A stretch of 64,000 nt of DNA from an uncultured Clostridia bacterium (lineage in GTDB: Bacteria; Bacillota; Clostridia; Christensenellales; UBA1242): positions 25,952 to 89,951 of the forward strand of contig CALWKD010000017.1 of NCBI GenBank assembly GCA_944381175.1. Direction: 5' to 3'. This document shows, piece after piece, positions 45,435-54,869 of this stretch. Every line of letters begins with the position of its first letter. Position 1 is the stretch's first letter. The notes under the pieces were generated by a model. That model was not told the origin of the DNA and ran no database searches. It worked only from the letters and a program-made list of their open reading frames with translations. Position numbers and translations under genes: made by a program.

Positions 45435-46150
45435 TCTTCCACCTTCCCGAGAGGTTTGGTCTGAAACGTTTGGTATTTTTCTCCATATTTTTGAAGATAA
45501 ACCGCACCATTTTTGTCGATGGTCATAAGCAAAACATCTTTTATCTTTTTTATTTTTGCCTTATTCAAAATGTTTAAGACTTGAGTTTTGTCAATCTTTG
45601 CGATTTCAAGATTGTTGTTTAAAATTCTTCCTTCATTTATGATATTTACTGGGATGACGCTTTTGTCAATCTCAAGTTTCATATCTTGAATTGTGACAGG
45701 CGAATACTGACTTTTCGGCAAAACACTCATCTTTCCGTTCGTTTCCATAATCGCATACTGCACCTGCTCCACACTGAAATACCCACAACCTCTTATCGCC
45801 TCAAAGACATCGTCGACGGAAAGGTTGAGATTTTTCAACGCTTTGTAATCGATGCCATTTGGGTTTATCACAATCACTGGCTTCCCACTCAAAAAAGAAG
45901 AAAATTTGTGGCTTATCGAACTTAAAAATGTGAGCACAAAATGCAAAAGCACTAAAGTAAGCACAGGCACAATGCCGTGCAAAACTGGGACAGACACCTC
46001 AGCCATAGGAATTGTTGCAAGGTCGGCAATGATAAGCGTGAGGACAAGTTCAAAAGGTTGCATCTGCCCGAGTTGGCGTTTGCCCATCAACCTATAAAGA
46101 AACAAGACCACCAAATAAATTATGATTGCTCTAACTACTATCGTCAACAT
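45431..46150 (-). CDS. DUF421 (YetF/YrbG-like) membrane protein
   Basis: Contains LMGKRQLGQMQPFELVLTLIIADL and YAIMETNGKMSVLPKS, both close to Bacillus YetF as I recall it. Confidence 0.75.
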   Translation of the reverse strand: MLTIVVRAIIIYLVVLFLYRLMGKRQLGQMQPFELVLTLIIADLATIPMAEVSVPVLHGIVPVLTLVLLHFVLTFLSSISHKFSSFLSGKPVIVINPNGIDYKALKNLNLSVDDVFEAIRGCGYFSVEQVQYAIMETNGKMSVLPKSQYSPVTIQDMKLEIDKSVIPVNIINEGRILNNNLEIAKIDKTQVLNILNKAKIKKIKDVLLMTIDKNGAVYLQKYGEKYQTFQTKPLGKVEE

Positions 46151-46170
46151 ATCCGTATTATGAGCATAAA

Positions 46171-47733
46171 TTATTTTTTCTTTCTAGATTTTTTGAAAAA
46201 TACCGCAATTTTTGCTGTTTTTCCCTTCTTTTTTATGAATTTTTCTTTGAATTGAACCAAATAAACAGAAAAATTTACAACATTAAACACCATACAGAGC
46301 GTGACAAAAATCAAAACTCCAATCATTCCAGAAAGCAAGATATTGAAAAAACTTGGCATAATAAAAGCAAAAATGGAACTCAAAAATGAGGTGATTGCAA
46401 CGGTCGGCAAAGATAGAAGAATCATCGTCAAAAGCATTTTTGATAAGCCCACTTTGATTTTCAACCTCTTTTTCAACATCAAAATGTTTAAAGTGGAGGA
46501 GATGACGGCCGAAAGCCCCATTCCGATTATCAACGCATTTATCCCGACAAATTGTGGCAGGATGAAAATCGCAAGGAACATAAAAACATCGCCAATGACA
46601 TAATTTACGAAAGATTTGACCTCAAGCCCTACGGAATTTAAGATTGCAGAAGCAATGTTGGATATTCCCATTGGAATCATTATCCACGCCGAATACTGCA
46701 AAAGTGTTCCGCTTAGAGCATCGTCATACAAAAACAACCCAATCCTATCCCCAATTGCGATGAAAACTGGAACAATCATAAACGAGACAAAAATCGCAAA
46801 CATAAGAGAAGATTTGACTCTTTTTTCAATGTGTTCGTTGTCATTTTTCACAAGTGCCATTGAGATGTCTGGAACAAGTGCCGTCGCAAGCGAACCAATG
46901 AGAGCGGACGGCAAAAACAAAAGCGGAAAAGTCATTCCGAGAGCGACCCCATAGATGCTCATTGCCTGCTCCAAAGTGTATCCTGTCGCCATAAGTCTCG
47001 CAGGAAGAATGAGAGCGACAAGAGGCTGGGTGAAACTGCTCAAAACCCTCACTCCTGTGATTGGTGCAGATTGGCGAATGACCTTTTTGTAAATCTTGGT
47101 AGGCTTGGACATTTTCCCGCCATAGAAAAAATACAACAGCACAACAAACAACGCAGAGACAAAGCAAGAAAGTGTGAAAGACCAAGCGACAGCCATTGCA
47201 TTTTGGAGAGCGGTCATTCCCGAGGCGAGCACCAAAACGCAAACAACAATCTTGACAATTTGTTCCAAAAGTTCTGAGACGCAAAGTCCAAAATAGTTGT
47301 CCGATCCCCACATTGCACCGCGAAAAACGCTGTAAATTGAAGAGAAAATCAAAGACGGAAGAAGAATAATCAAAATATTCATACAATTTTGGTCGGTGAA
47401 GATATTTTGAAAAAGATTTCTGAAAATCAAAATCACAAGGCACAAAAAGATGCTGACTGCAAGTCCAATAAAAACACTGGTCGTGACAAGACTTCCAATT
47501 GCCTTTTTGTCAGATGAGACTCTATAACTTGCGGTCATTCGAGAAATAATCAGCGTAAATCCGCTTGACACCACCGTCAAAAGCACCATAAAAATGGAAA
47601 GCGCAACTTGATAAAGTCCAAGCGCCTGTGCACCAATCGTCCTTGAAAGGAATATCCTAAACAAGAAGCCCAAAAGCCTTGTCAGGACGGAAAACATTGT
47701 TATGAGTGCGACATTCTTAAAAATAGATTTCAT
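46171..47733 (-). CDS. MOP-superfamily flippase (SpoVB / YabM / MurJ-like)
   Basis: About 14 TM helices. The N-terminus from the ATG at 47733 reads MKSIFKNVALITMFSVLTRLLGFLFRIFLSRTIGAQALGLYQVALSIF. It has a K-rich C-terminal tail. Confidence 0.75.
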   Translation of the reverse strand: MKSIFKNVALITMFSVLTRLLGFLFRIFLSRTIGAQALGLYQVALSIFMVLLTVVSSGFTLIISRMTASYRVSSDKKAIGSLVTTSVFIGLAVSIFLCLVILIFRNLFQNIFTDQNCMNILIILLPSLIFSSIYSVFRGAMWGSDNYFGLCVSELLEQIVKIVVCVLVLASGMTALQNAMAVAWSFTLSCFVSALFVVLLYFFYGGKMSKPTKIYKKVIRQSAPITGVRVLSSFTQPLVALILPARLMATGYTLEQAMSIYGVALGMTFPLLFLPSALIGSLATALVPDISMALVKNDNEHIEKRVKSSLMFAIFVSFMIVPVFIAIGDRIGLFLYDDALSGTLLQYSAWIMIPMGISNIASAILNSVGLEVKSFVNYVIGDVFMFLAIFILPQFVGINALIIGMGLSAVISSTLNILMLKKRLKIKVGLSKMLLTMILLSLPTVAITSFLSSIFAFIMPSFFNILLSGMIGVLIFVTLCMVFNVVNFSVYLVQFKEKFIKKKGKTAKIAVFFKKSRKKK

Positions 47734-47790
47734 ACAATTTAATTTACAAGCATTTGATAGAATATATTCCAAAAAAGAGGAGAGAATTTT

Positions 47791-47958
47791 ATGAGTATAA
47801 AAAAAATCTCATTCCCATATTATCAAGTCAAAGCAGGAGAAAATTTGCGAACAATCTCCCAAAAATTCAACATCGATAGCACAAAAATTCTCCTTGACAA
47901 CCACCTCGCACCAAAACAAATCAAAGAGGGAGTTTTTATTATATTGAAAAAAGATTAA
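47791..47958 (+). CDS. 55-aa single LysM-domain protein (below the ORF-track size cut-off)
   Basis: AAGAGGAGAG lies 5 nt upstream of the ATG at 47791. My translation is MSIKKISFPYYQVKAGENLRTISQKFNIDSTKILLDNHLAPKQIKEGVFIILKKD. It fits the LysM pattern Y-x-V-x-x-G-[DE]-x-L-x-x-I. Confidence 0.6.
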   Translation: MSIKKISFPYYQVKAGENLRTISQKFNIDSTKILLDNHLAPKQIKEGVFIILKKD

Positions 47959-48083
47959 AATAAAAACATCAAATTTTGAATATTTTTTATTTTATATTTT
48001 TATTATTTTTAATGCAAAAAAATACATTAAAAAAATAAAAAATGCAATTTTTAACACTTTTTCTGCCAGAAAATATGCAATAT

Positions 48084-48929
48084 TTAGCATTTTTTATTAT
48101 TCTTGTCTTTATTTTCTTTTTCCTTTTTTATTTTTTCTTTTTTATTTTTAATTTTATCAAATTTAGTTTTTATTTTTTCCTCTCCCGCCTCAATATTTGT
48201 CACAATATTTTTCGTAACTTTGTTTTTTATAAAATTCTCAATATTTTCGCGATACTTGAAAGACAGATACAAGACAACTCCGACCAAAACCAAAATTCCA
48301 GCCCAAACTGCAAGTCCCCAACCCTTGTATGGAATTATCGTTCCACTTCCAAGATAACACGTCAAAAAGATTCCAATTGTTCTCGAAACCAAGTTTGTCA
48401 CAACAAAGAAACTCCAAGTCATATTTGTAAGTCCAGCAACAAGACAAAGTATGTCATCTGGAAAAATTGGCAAAATCATCATCACGACAAAAGAATATTT
48501 TCCATTTGTCAAAAATTTTGTCCACTTTTTGCAACTTTCTTCTCCCACCATATATGAGACCAATTTTCTTCCAAACTTTCTCCCAAGCCAAAAAGCAAAG
48601 ACGCTCCCAAGCAAAATTCCAGAAAGGCTCAAAAGAGCGGCTTGCAGTGGTCCATACACCAAGACGCCCGCCAAGGTCGAGACGGCGGAGGGAATAGGCA
48701 AAAATGTCACCTGCAAGAATTGAATCAAAACAAATGCAAGTCTCCCCCAAAATCCCAAAGAGAGGATAAGTTGACGAATCTTGTCAACCGAATTGATATA
48801 ATTCCAAAGTCCAGTCCAAACCATAATAAAATATGACAAAACAAGTATCGCAATCAATGAAACGATCACAATACTTGTGTGAATAATTTTTTTCTTCTTG
48901 GACATTTTCTTTTCAGGACTTGATTTCAT
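48084..48929 (-). CDS. TVP38/TMEM64 (DedA-related) family membrane protein
   Basis: Contains VTFLPIPSAVSTLAGVLVYGPLQAALLSLSGILLGSVFAFWLGRKFGRKLV, which is typical of the family. It has a Lys-rich C-terminal tail. Confidence 0.75.
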   Translation of the reverse strand: MKSSPEKKMSKKKKIIHTSIVIVSLIAILVLSYFIMVWTGLWNYINSVDKIRQLILSLGFWGRLAFVLIQFLQVTFLPIPSAVSTLAGVLVYGPLQAALLSLSGILLGSVFAFWLGRKFGRKLVSYMVGEESCKKWTKFLTNGKYSFVVMMILPIFPDDILCLVAGLTNMTWSFFVVTNLVSRTIGIFLTCYLGSGTIIPYKGWGLAVWAGILVLVGVVLYLSFKYRENIENFIKNKVTKNIVTNIEAGEEKIKTKFDKIKNKKEKIKKEKENKDKNNKKC

Positions 48930-48971
48930 AATTTATTCTATTCTCATATCTTTTCATTTTTCCCAATTAAA

Positions 48972-50561
48972 TTAAGGATTATATTCGCTTGGATTTGTGT
49001 TTTTCAATTTGTTCTTGACCGCCTCAACATTCTCTTTCGTCACCTTTTGAGGCTTTATGAGTTTGACATCACTTGCTGGAATCGTCATCCCTTCCACAGT
49101 GTCCTCAATTCCTTCCATAACAATTCCGTCTTGCGCTTGATAAAAATCGTGTCTGATTTCCTTTTCGCTGACGAGTTCTCCATTTTTATAATATTGCAAA
49201 AACGCCTTGCTTTCATACCCCTCTCTTGGATATTTGATACGCAAATACTCGCCTTTGTAGAGAATTTTGTTTGCATACAAACCTTTCTCATCTTTCACAA
49301 CTCTGTCACCGTTATGTGGCAAAATTTTCACAAGTTCCGACCTAACCTTGACCGACTCTCCGTCCTCAAACTTCTGCCCATAAATCTCCACCTTGACCGT
49401 CTTGTCATCGCAACTGGTTTTGATGTAAATTGGACTTTCCAAATTGTTTTGAAAAACAAGGTCGGAATAATCTCCAGAAACCATTGCATCAAGCGAAAGT
49501 GGAACATAAGATGCTGGCAAAGAGTGATGATTTACACTCAAAACATCTATATCTGAGAGCAAGAGAGCATTGTAAAGTGTGGTCGACGCCTGACAAACCC
49601 CTCCGCCAACTCCGTCAACATAAACCCCGCCCACAATTATGTGTGCATTTTTGTATCCCGCCTCTTCTGTCCTTGCACCAGTTGTCTCATTGAATGAAAC
49701 GGTTTGTCCTGGCTGAACAATCATCCCATTGAAACAGTCAAGTGCTTTTTTGATGTTGCTTTTTCTTGCACTTCCGCTCTTTTCATAGGAAGTAGAAAAT
49801 TCCGAACGTTTGACCACACTGTCCTCAAGGTCTTGAAGATTTATTTCTTCTCCGATTTCAAAAATTGGAATCTCAATCTTCACCTTTGTTCCCATTTTCA
49901 ACGCATTGTCAATCTCTTGATAGAGTTTGTCTCTGTTCACAAGAATTGCATTCTGCCCAGCGTCAACAGAAAATGGTTTTTCATTTTCAGGATTAAAAAT
50001 CAAACTTGCACTTCTCGCCTCTTGCTCCACCTCAGAAATTATCTCATCAAGTTTCTCATTCATATTCGCAAGCACACAAGTGTAAGACACCTGAAAATCT
50101 TTTCCATTTTCCTTTATCTTTTTTGATTTTGACAAATTTTGGAAAAAGTTTCCATCTCTTCCATATTTGGACAATTGCGAGATGACAGGCTGAATTTTGT
50201 TGTAAACCTCAAAATCGTTGCCTTTCAAGACCCAAGTCTTATCTTTGCACGAGAGTTCTATTTCGATGTCTTTTTTGTTGTTCAACATATCTGTCAAAAC
50301 GACGTTCTCCGCTTCCGCGACAGACATCCCTCCCACATCAATTCCATTTATTCTTGTGTTCTCATAAAATTTTTCGTTTCCAGTCAAGACATTTTCAAAG
50401 AAAAACTGACAAGAAATAAGCAGAGTGACCGACAATGCAGAAACTCCCAAAAACCAAAAAAATCCAGTCTTTTTCTTTGATTTTTGCTTCTTTTTCTCTT
50501 CAATTTTTGTCTCTTTATTTTTTTTGATATTTTCCGATTTTGATTTCTTTTCTTTTTTCAT
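48972..50561 (-). CDS. VanW-family protein
   Basis: It has a K-rich N-terminus and a TM helix. The VanW core is GYKNAHIIVGGVYVDGVGGGVCQASTTLYNALL...VNHHSLPASYVP. Confidence 0.8.
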   Translation of the reverse strand: MKKEKKSKSENIKKNKETKIEEKKKQKSKKKTGFFWFLGVSALSVTLLISCQFFFENVLTGNEKFYENTRINGIDVGGMSVAEAENVVLTDMLNNKKDIEIELSCKDKTWVLKGNDFEVYNKIQPVISQLSKYGRDGNFFQNLSKSKKIKENGKDFQVSYTCVLANMNEKLDEIISEVEQEARSASLIFNPENEKPFSVDAGQNAILVNRDKLYQEIDNALKMGTKVKIEIPIFEIGEEINLQDLEDSVVKRSEFSTSYEKSGSARKSNIKKALDCFNGMIVQPGQTVSFNETTGARTEEAGYKNAHIIVGGVYVDGVGGGVCQASTTLYNALLLSDIDVLSVNHHSLPASYVPLSLDAMVSGDYSDLVFQNNLESPIYIKTSCDDKTVKVEIYGQKFEDGESVKVRSELVKILPHNGDRVVKDEKGLYANKILYKGEYLRIKYPREGYESKAFLQYYKNGELVSEKEIRHDFYQAQDGIVMEGIEDTVEGMTIPASDVKLIKPQKVTKENVEAVKNKLKNTNPSEYNP

Positions 50562-50640
50562 ATTGCTATTATGTCAAATAATCAAAAAAATATGAAAACA
50601 TCAAATTTTGCATAAAAAATAAAAAAATTACTAGAAAAAA

Positions 50641-51873
50641 CTAGTAATTTTGCAGGTTTTTCTCGATTTCAGCAAGAAGTTGTTTCTTATCATTTTGCAA
50701 TTTCCCATCAAAAACTTTGCTCAAAAGATTTTGCAAAATCTTGTTATAATTTCTTTTGTCGATGTTTTTAAAGTTGTTTTTTATATCATTCTCATTGATT
50801 TTCAAATCAGAAATTTGGATGACAAGCCCGTGCTCGATGATGTATTGATAAAAGAAATTGTATTTGTTTTGCACCCTCTTGCTTTTCCCTCCCAAAAGAG
50901 AATAGATGTTTGCCCAATCTTCATAATACTTGAAGAAATATTCCTTGTTTTTCATTCCCAAAAGAGCGTTGTAATATCCCGCAAGGTAGACAAAAATCTT
51001 TTCGGAAAGTGCACTCGGCAACTGGAATTGTTCTTTCAAAAACCTCTCCAAAAATGCTTCCAAACAATCTGGCTTTTGCGTGTCAACAATATCCACCAAA
51101 AGTCCCAAAAATCTATCTTCAACTTTGTAGACCATATTATATTTGACAGTGGAATTTTTGAGCCCAAAATATTTCCAAACTTCAAGCACATTCAAAAGTC
51201 TTAAAGCCCGAGCCAAACTTTTTTTGTTTATGTTGTATCTCTTGTCGCAATACAAGATTTTCTCAATTTCAAGATATTTCCTCGTCCCCGAGATATCTTG
51301 AAGGTTTGATGCATACTTTATGGCGGAAGATAGAGTGCTCTTGTCTATTGAAAAGTTCAGTTCTCCAGCAATTCTGACCATTCTCAAAATCCTCTCGCCA
51401 TCCGACTTCAAAACTTCATCAGGATTTGTGTTGCATCTGATTATCCCCTGTTTCAAATCAATTATTCCGTGATAAAAATCGACGCTTTCGTCTTTGTTTA
51501 TGTTGTAATAAATTGAATTGATTGAGAAATCCCTTCTCTTTGCATCCTCAGCAATATCCTTTGTCCTCTCAACTCTTATTGGGGTGTGAGAGCCGTCATC
51601 CGCGTAAACATCCTTTCTAAAACAAGTGTACTCATACTTTTCGTCACCTATTGAAATAAGAATAGACCCACATTTAAGATTCTTAATCTTCGTGGAAAAC
51701 TCACTGCCACTGAGCCTTTTTGTGACCTCCTCAATATCCACAGGACTTGCCAAGTCGACATCGCCTGAGGCAATTCCAAGCAACTTATTCCTGACATAAC
51801 CTCCCACGACATACAGATTCTCAGGGAAAAATTTTGCCAACTTTCTAAGATTTTCGGAAACTTCAATAAACAT
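50641..51873 (-). CDS. cca: CCA-adding enzyme / poly(A) polymerase-family tRNA nucleotidyltransferase
   Basis: Contains LYVVGGYVRNKLLG..GDVDLA and RRDFSINS, the class II nucleotidyltransferase motifs. GGAG lies upstream of the ATG. Confidence 0.8.
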   Translation of the reverse strand: MFIEVSENLRKLAKFFPENLYVVGGYVRNKLLGIASGDVDLASPVDIEEVTKRLSGSEFSTKIKNLKCGSILISIGDEKYEYTCFRKDVYADDGSHTPIRVERTKDIAEDAKRRDFSINSIYYNINKDESVDFYHGIIDLKQGIIRCNTNPDEVLKSDGERILRMVRIAGELNFSIDKSTLSSAIKYASNLQDISGTRKYLEIEKILYCDKRYNINKKSLARALRLLNVLEVWKYFGLKNSTVKYNMVYKVEDRFLGLLVDIVDTQKPDCLEAFLERFLKEQFQLPSALSEKIFVYLAGYYNALLGMKNKEYFFKYYEDWANIYSLLGGKSKRVQNKYNFFYQYIIEHGLVIQISDLKINENDIKNNFKNIDKRNYNKILQNLLSKVFDGKLQNDKKQLLAEIEKNLQNY

Positions 51874-51910
51874 ATAAAAACTCCAAAATTCAACAATAAT
51901 TATACTAAAT

Positions 51911-51939
51911 AATTTAATTTAAAAAATTAAAAAAGTCAA
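51911..51939 (-). promoter_or_regulatory. candidate promoter of cca
   Basis: On the minus strand: TTGACT (51939..51934), 17-nt spacer, TAAATT (51916..51911). Confidence 0.35.
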
Positions 51940-51945
51940 ATATAT

Positions 51946-51974
51946 TTGACATTTAAAATAAATTTTAATATCAT
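51946..51974 (+). promoter_or_regulatory. sigma-A-type promoter of the P-type ATPase gene
   Basis: TTGACA (51946-51951), 17-nt spacer, TATCAT (51969-51974). The -35 is part of the 16-bp palindrome at 51935-51950. Confidence 0.45.
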
Positions 51975-52029
51975 AGACTATATTGAACAAACCAATGCCA
52001 AATGTGGCAGAAAAATTAAGGATTAGAAT

Positions 52030-54759
52030 GTGAAAAAAATTAAGCGAAACAAAAAAAAGAAAGCGGTCATTCAGGACATTCCAATTGTTAGATACCAAAC
52101 TGACATTGATATCGGTCTTTCTGAAGAACAGATAAATGAGAGAATCGAGCATCATCTTGTAAACGACACAAAAATTAAAACTTCAAACTCCTATCTCACC
52201 ATAATCAGAAAAAACCTTTTCACCATATTCAATATGATTTGGATTGTGATTGCGGTGGCACTTATGTGCGTTGGAGCGTGGAGCGATTTGCTCTTTTTGT
52301 TTGTCGTGATTGCAAACACCGCCATTTCAATTTTCCAAGAAATCAAATCAAAGATAACCGTTGAAAGACTCTCAATGGTCTCCGTGCCAAAAATAAAAGT
52401 CATAAGAATGGGCGTCCAACTTGAAGTCAAAAGCGAAGACCTTTTGCTTGATGACATCATTATTCTTGAAAACGGGAACCAAATCCCTGCGGACTGCATA
52501 ATCGTGGATGGCACAGTTGAGGCAAATGAAAGTTTGCTCACAGGAGAGTCAAACGCAATCAAGAAAGTCGCTGGAGACACTTTGCTTGCGGGAAGTTTCT
52601 TGGCATCTGGGGTTTGTTATGCGAGAGTGGACAAAGTCGGAAAAAACAACTACATCCAAACCGTCGCCGAGAGAACAAAGGACTTCAAACCTCAGACCTC
52701 AAACCTTTTCAAGGATTTGAACAGTTTGATAAAGGTCATAATCGTCATCTTGATTCCTGTCGGCGTGTTGACTTTCTGTAAAGAGTTCTTCATCGCGGGA
52801 ACGAACATTGAGGATTCCATAACCAGCACAAGTGGTGCTCTTGAAGGGATGATTCCTGCTGGGATGTACCTGCTTATCACGGTTGGGCTTACGGTCGGAG
52901 TTATGAAACTTGCAAGAAAACGCACACTCGTGAAAAACATCTACTCCATTGAAATGCTTGCAAGAGCGAATGTCTTGTGCCTCGACAAAACAGGAACAAT
53001 CACCGACGGAACAATGAATGTGGTGAGTGTGGAACTTCAAAATGGTGCAACAAGTGAGAAAGTTGAGAAGATTATGAAGTCAATCTTGGCAAACCAAAAG
53101 TCCTCAAACGCAACCAGTGTCGCTCTTATCGACCATTTTGGAAAAGATTTGACTGCTGAAGCAAAAAATGTCATCGAATTTTCTTCTCAAAGAAAATATA
53201 GTGCAACAACATTGACAAATGGAAAGACATATTACATTGGTGCGATTGGCTTCATCAAATGTGCCATCACCTCTGCACAAAAGAAACTTATGAACTCCTA
53301 TATGGAGAAAGGTTTGCGTGTAATTTCCCTCGTCGAAGACGCAAACTCCTACAACGAAAAAAGTGCGGGCAAAATGGGAAAACTTTTGGCGTTCTTCATC
53401 CTGGAGGACCACATAAGAAAAGATGCCGTTGAGACGATTGAGTGGTTCAAACAAAACAATGTTGAAATCAAAATCATCTCTGGTGACGATGCCTTGACTG
53501 TTTCAAAAATCGCAAAACGCGTCGGAGTGAAGGACAGTGACAAATATATCTCACTTGAAAATATGAGTCTCCAAGAAGTCGCACAAATCGCAGACAAGTT
53601 CACTGTTTTCGGTCGTGTAACTCCCGAACAAAAACACGCCATTGTCAAGACATTGAAAACTCAAGGCAATGTCGTTGCAATGACTGGTGACGGCGTCAAT
53701 GACACCCTCGCTCTCAAGGAAGCAAATTGCTCAATCGCAATGGCCGACGGAAGTGAGGTCGCAAGAAATATCTCTCATTTGGTGCTTATGGAAAGCAACT
53801 TCTCAGCCCTCCCGTCAATCGTCAAAGAAGGAAGAAAGATTGTGAACAACGTGCAAAACTCCTCTGTTTTGTATCTGATGAAAACGCTGTTTACGATAAT
53901 GCTTTGCATAACCACACTTATTCTTCGTATCTCCTACCCGTTCACGCCAAAGCAAATGCTTCTTCTTGAGATGTTTGTGATTGGACTTCCTTCGTTTATG
54001 ATGACCTTCCAGCCGAACGACGAACTCATCCGAGGAAACTTTATTCCTCAGGTTTTGAAAAAGACCATTCCTTGTGCACTTTTGATGTTCATCAACATCT
54101 TGATTGTAGTAATTCTAAATGAAAACACAACCACGCTCAGCGAAAGTGAATATTCCACACTTTGTACATTGCTTATGACTGCCGTTGGGTTTATAAATTT
54201 GGTGTCAATTTGCATCCCTTTAAACTGGTATCGCACAATTGTCGTCGTTTTGCCAGCCGTGCTGATTGTCTCCGCAATAATTGGACTTGGGAAATTCTTT
54301 ATGATAACCGACTTCACTTTCCCAGTCATCACAACTCTCACAACTATGACGCTTTGCTCGGCACTTGTCGCCACCGCCTTCCATTATCTGAAGGAATGGC
54401 TTATTAAAAGGAGACAATTTGCGACTGCAAATGGTGCGAAAGAAAACAAATTTATGGCAAAAATCACGGATATGTTTGAGAAATATGAAAAAGATGAGAC
54501 TTTGCCAGAGTCAGAGGAAACGGCAGAAAGTGGCAAAAAGACTTCCGAAAATGAAACTAAAGTGGTTGCTGACAGCGTCGCTTTGAGTGAAGACGAAAAA
54601 ACAAAGCAAAAGACGAAAGGAAAACCTAAAACCAAATCAGCCAAGTCAAAAAGCGAAAGTAAAGCCAGCACAAAGACAAAATCTTTAAACTCAAAAACGA
54701 CAAAATCAAAAGTTTCAAAGTCCGCAACGACAAAGAGTAAAACGAAAAACAAAAAATAG
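52030..54759 (+). CDS. cation-transporting P-type ATPase (type II-like) with a K/S/T-rich C-terminal tail
   Basis: GTG start after AAGGA. Contains DKTGTITDG (phosphorylation site) and TGDGVNDTLALKEA. There is no CPx metal motif. The last about 125 aa are low-complexity (KTKQKTKGKPKTKSAKSKSESK...). Confidence 0.9.
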   Translation: MKKIKRNKKKKAVIQDIPIVRYQTDIDIGLSEEQINERIEHHLVNDTKIKTSNSYLTIIRKNLFTIFNMIWIVIAVALMCVGAWSDLLFLFVVIANTAISIFQEIKSKITVERLSMVSVPKIKVIRMGVQLEVKSEDLLLDDIIILENGNQIPADCIIVDGTVEANESLLTGESNAIKKVAGDTLLAGSFLASGVCYARVDKVGKNNYIQTVAERTKDFKPQTSNLFKDLNSLIKVIIVILIPVGVLTFCKEFFIAGTNIEDSITSTSGALEGMIPAGMYLLITVGLTVGVMKLARKRTLVKNIYSIEMLARANVLCLDKTGTITDGTMNVVSVELQNGATSEKVEKIMKSILANQKSSNATSVALIDHFGKDLTAEAKNVIEFSSQRKYSATTLTNGKTYYIGAIGFIKCAITSAQKKLMNSYMEKGLRVISLVEDANSYNEKSAGKMGKLLAFFILEDHIRKDAVETIEWFKQNNVEIKIISGDDALTVSKIAKRVGVKDSDKYISLENMSLQEVAQIADKFTVFGRVTPEQKHAIVKTLKTQGNVVAMTGDGVNDTLALKEANCSIAMADGSEVARNISHLVLMESNFSALPSIVKEGRKIVNNVQNSSVLYLMKTLFTIMLCITTLILRISYPFTPKQMLLLEMFVIGLPSFMMTFQPNDELIRGNFIPQVLKKTIPCALLMFINILIVVILNENTTTLSESEYSTLCTLLMTAVGFINLVSICIPLNWYRTIVVVLPAVLIVSAIIGLGKFFMITDFTFPVITTLTTMTLCSALVATAFHYLKEWLIKRRQFATANGAKENKFMAKITDMFEKYEKDETLPESEETAESGKKTSENETKVVADSVALSEDEKTKQKTKGKPKTKSAKSKSESKASTKTKSLNSKTTKSKVSKSATTKSKTKNKK

Positions 54760-54791
54760 TATACTAAGGCTCAAAAGACTCTGAAACTTGC

Positions 54792-54831
54792 AAAAAAAGA
54801 TAGCGGAAACAATGTTTACCGCTATTTTTTT
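54792..54831. terminator. bidirectional rho-independent terminator
   Basis: A7, then ATAGCGG...CCGCTAT, then T7. It lies between the convergent ATPase and recD2 genes. Confidence 0.6.
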
Positions 54832-54869
54832 GTTCGTTTGAAAATTTATTGACCAAAAAGTGTATCTTT

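Noticed and set aside
48042-48557. A 171-aa plus-strand ORF rich in poly-Phe lies antisense to the TVP38 gene.
   Set aside because: It is the complement of the Lys-rich (AAA/AAG) tail and membrane helices of a well-supported gene and has an implausible composition.
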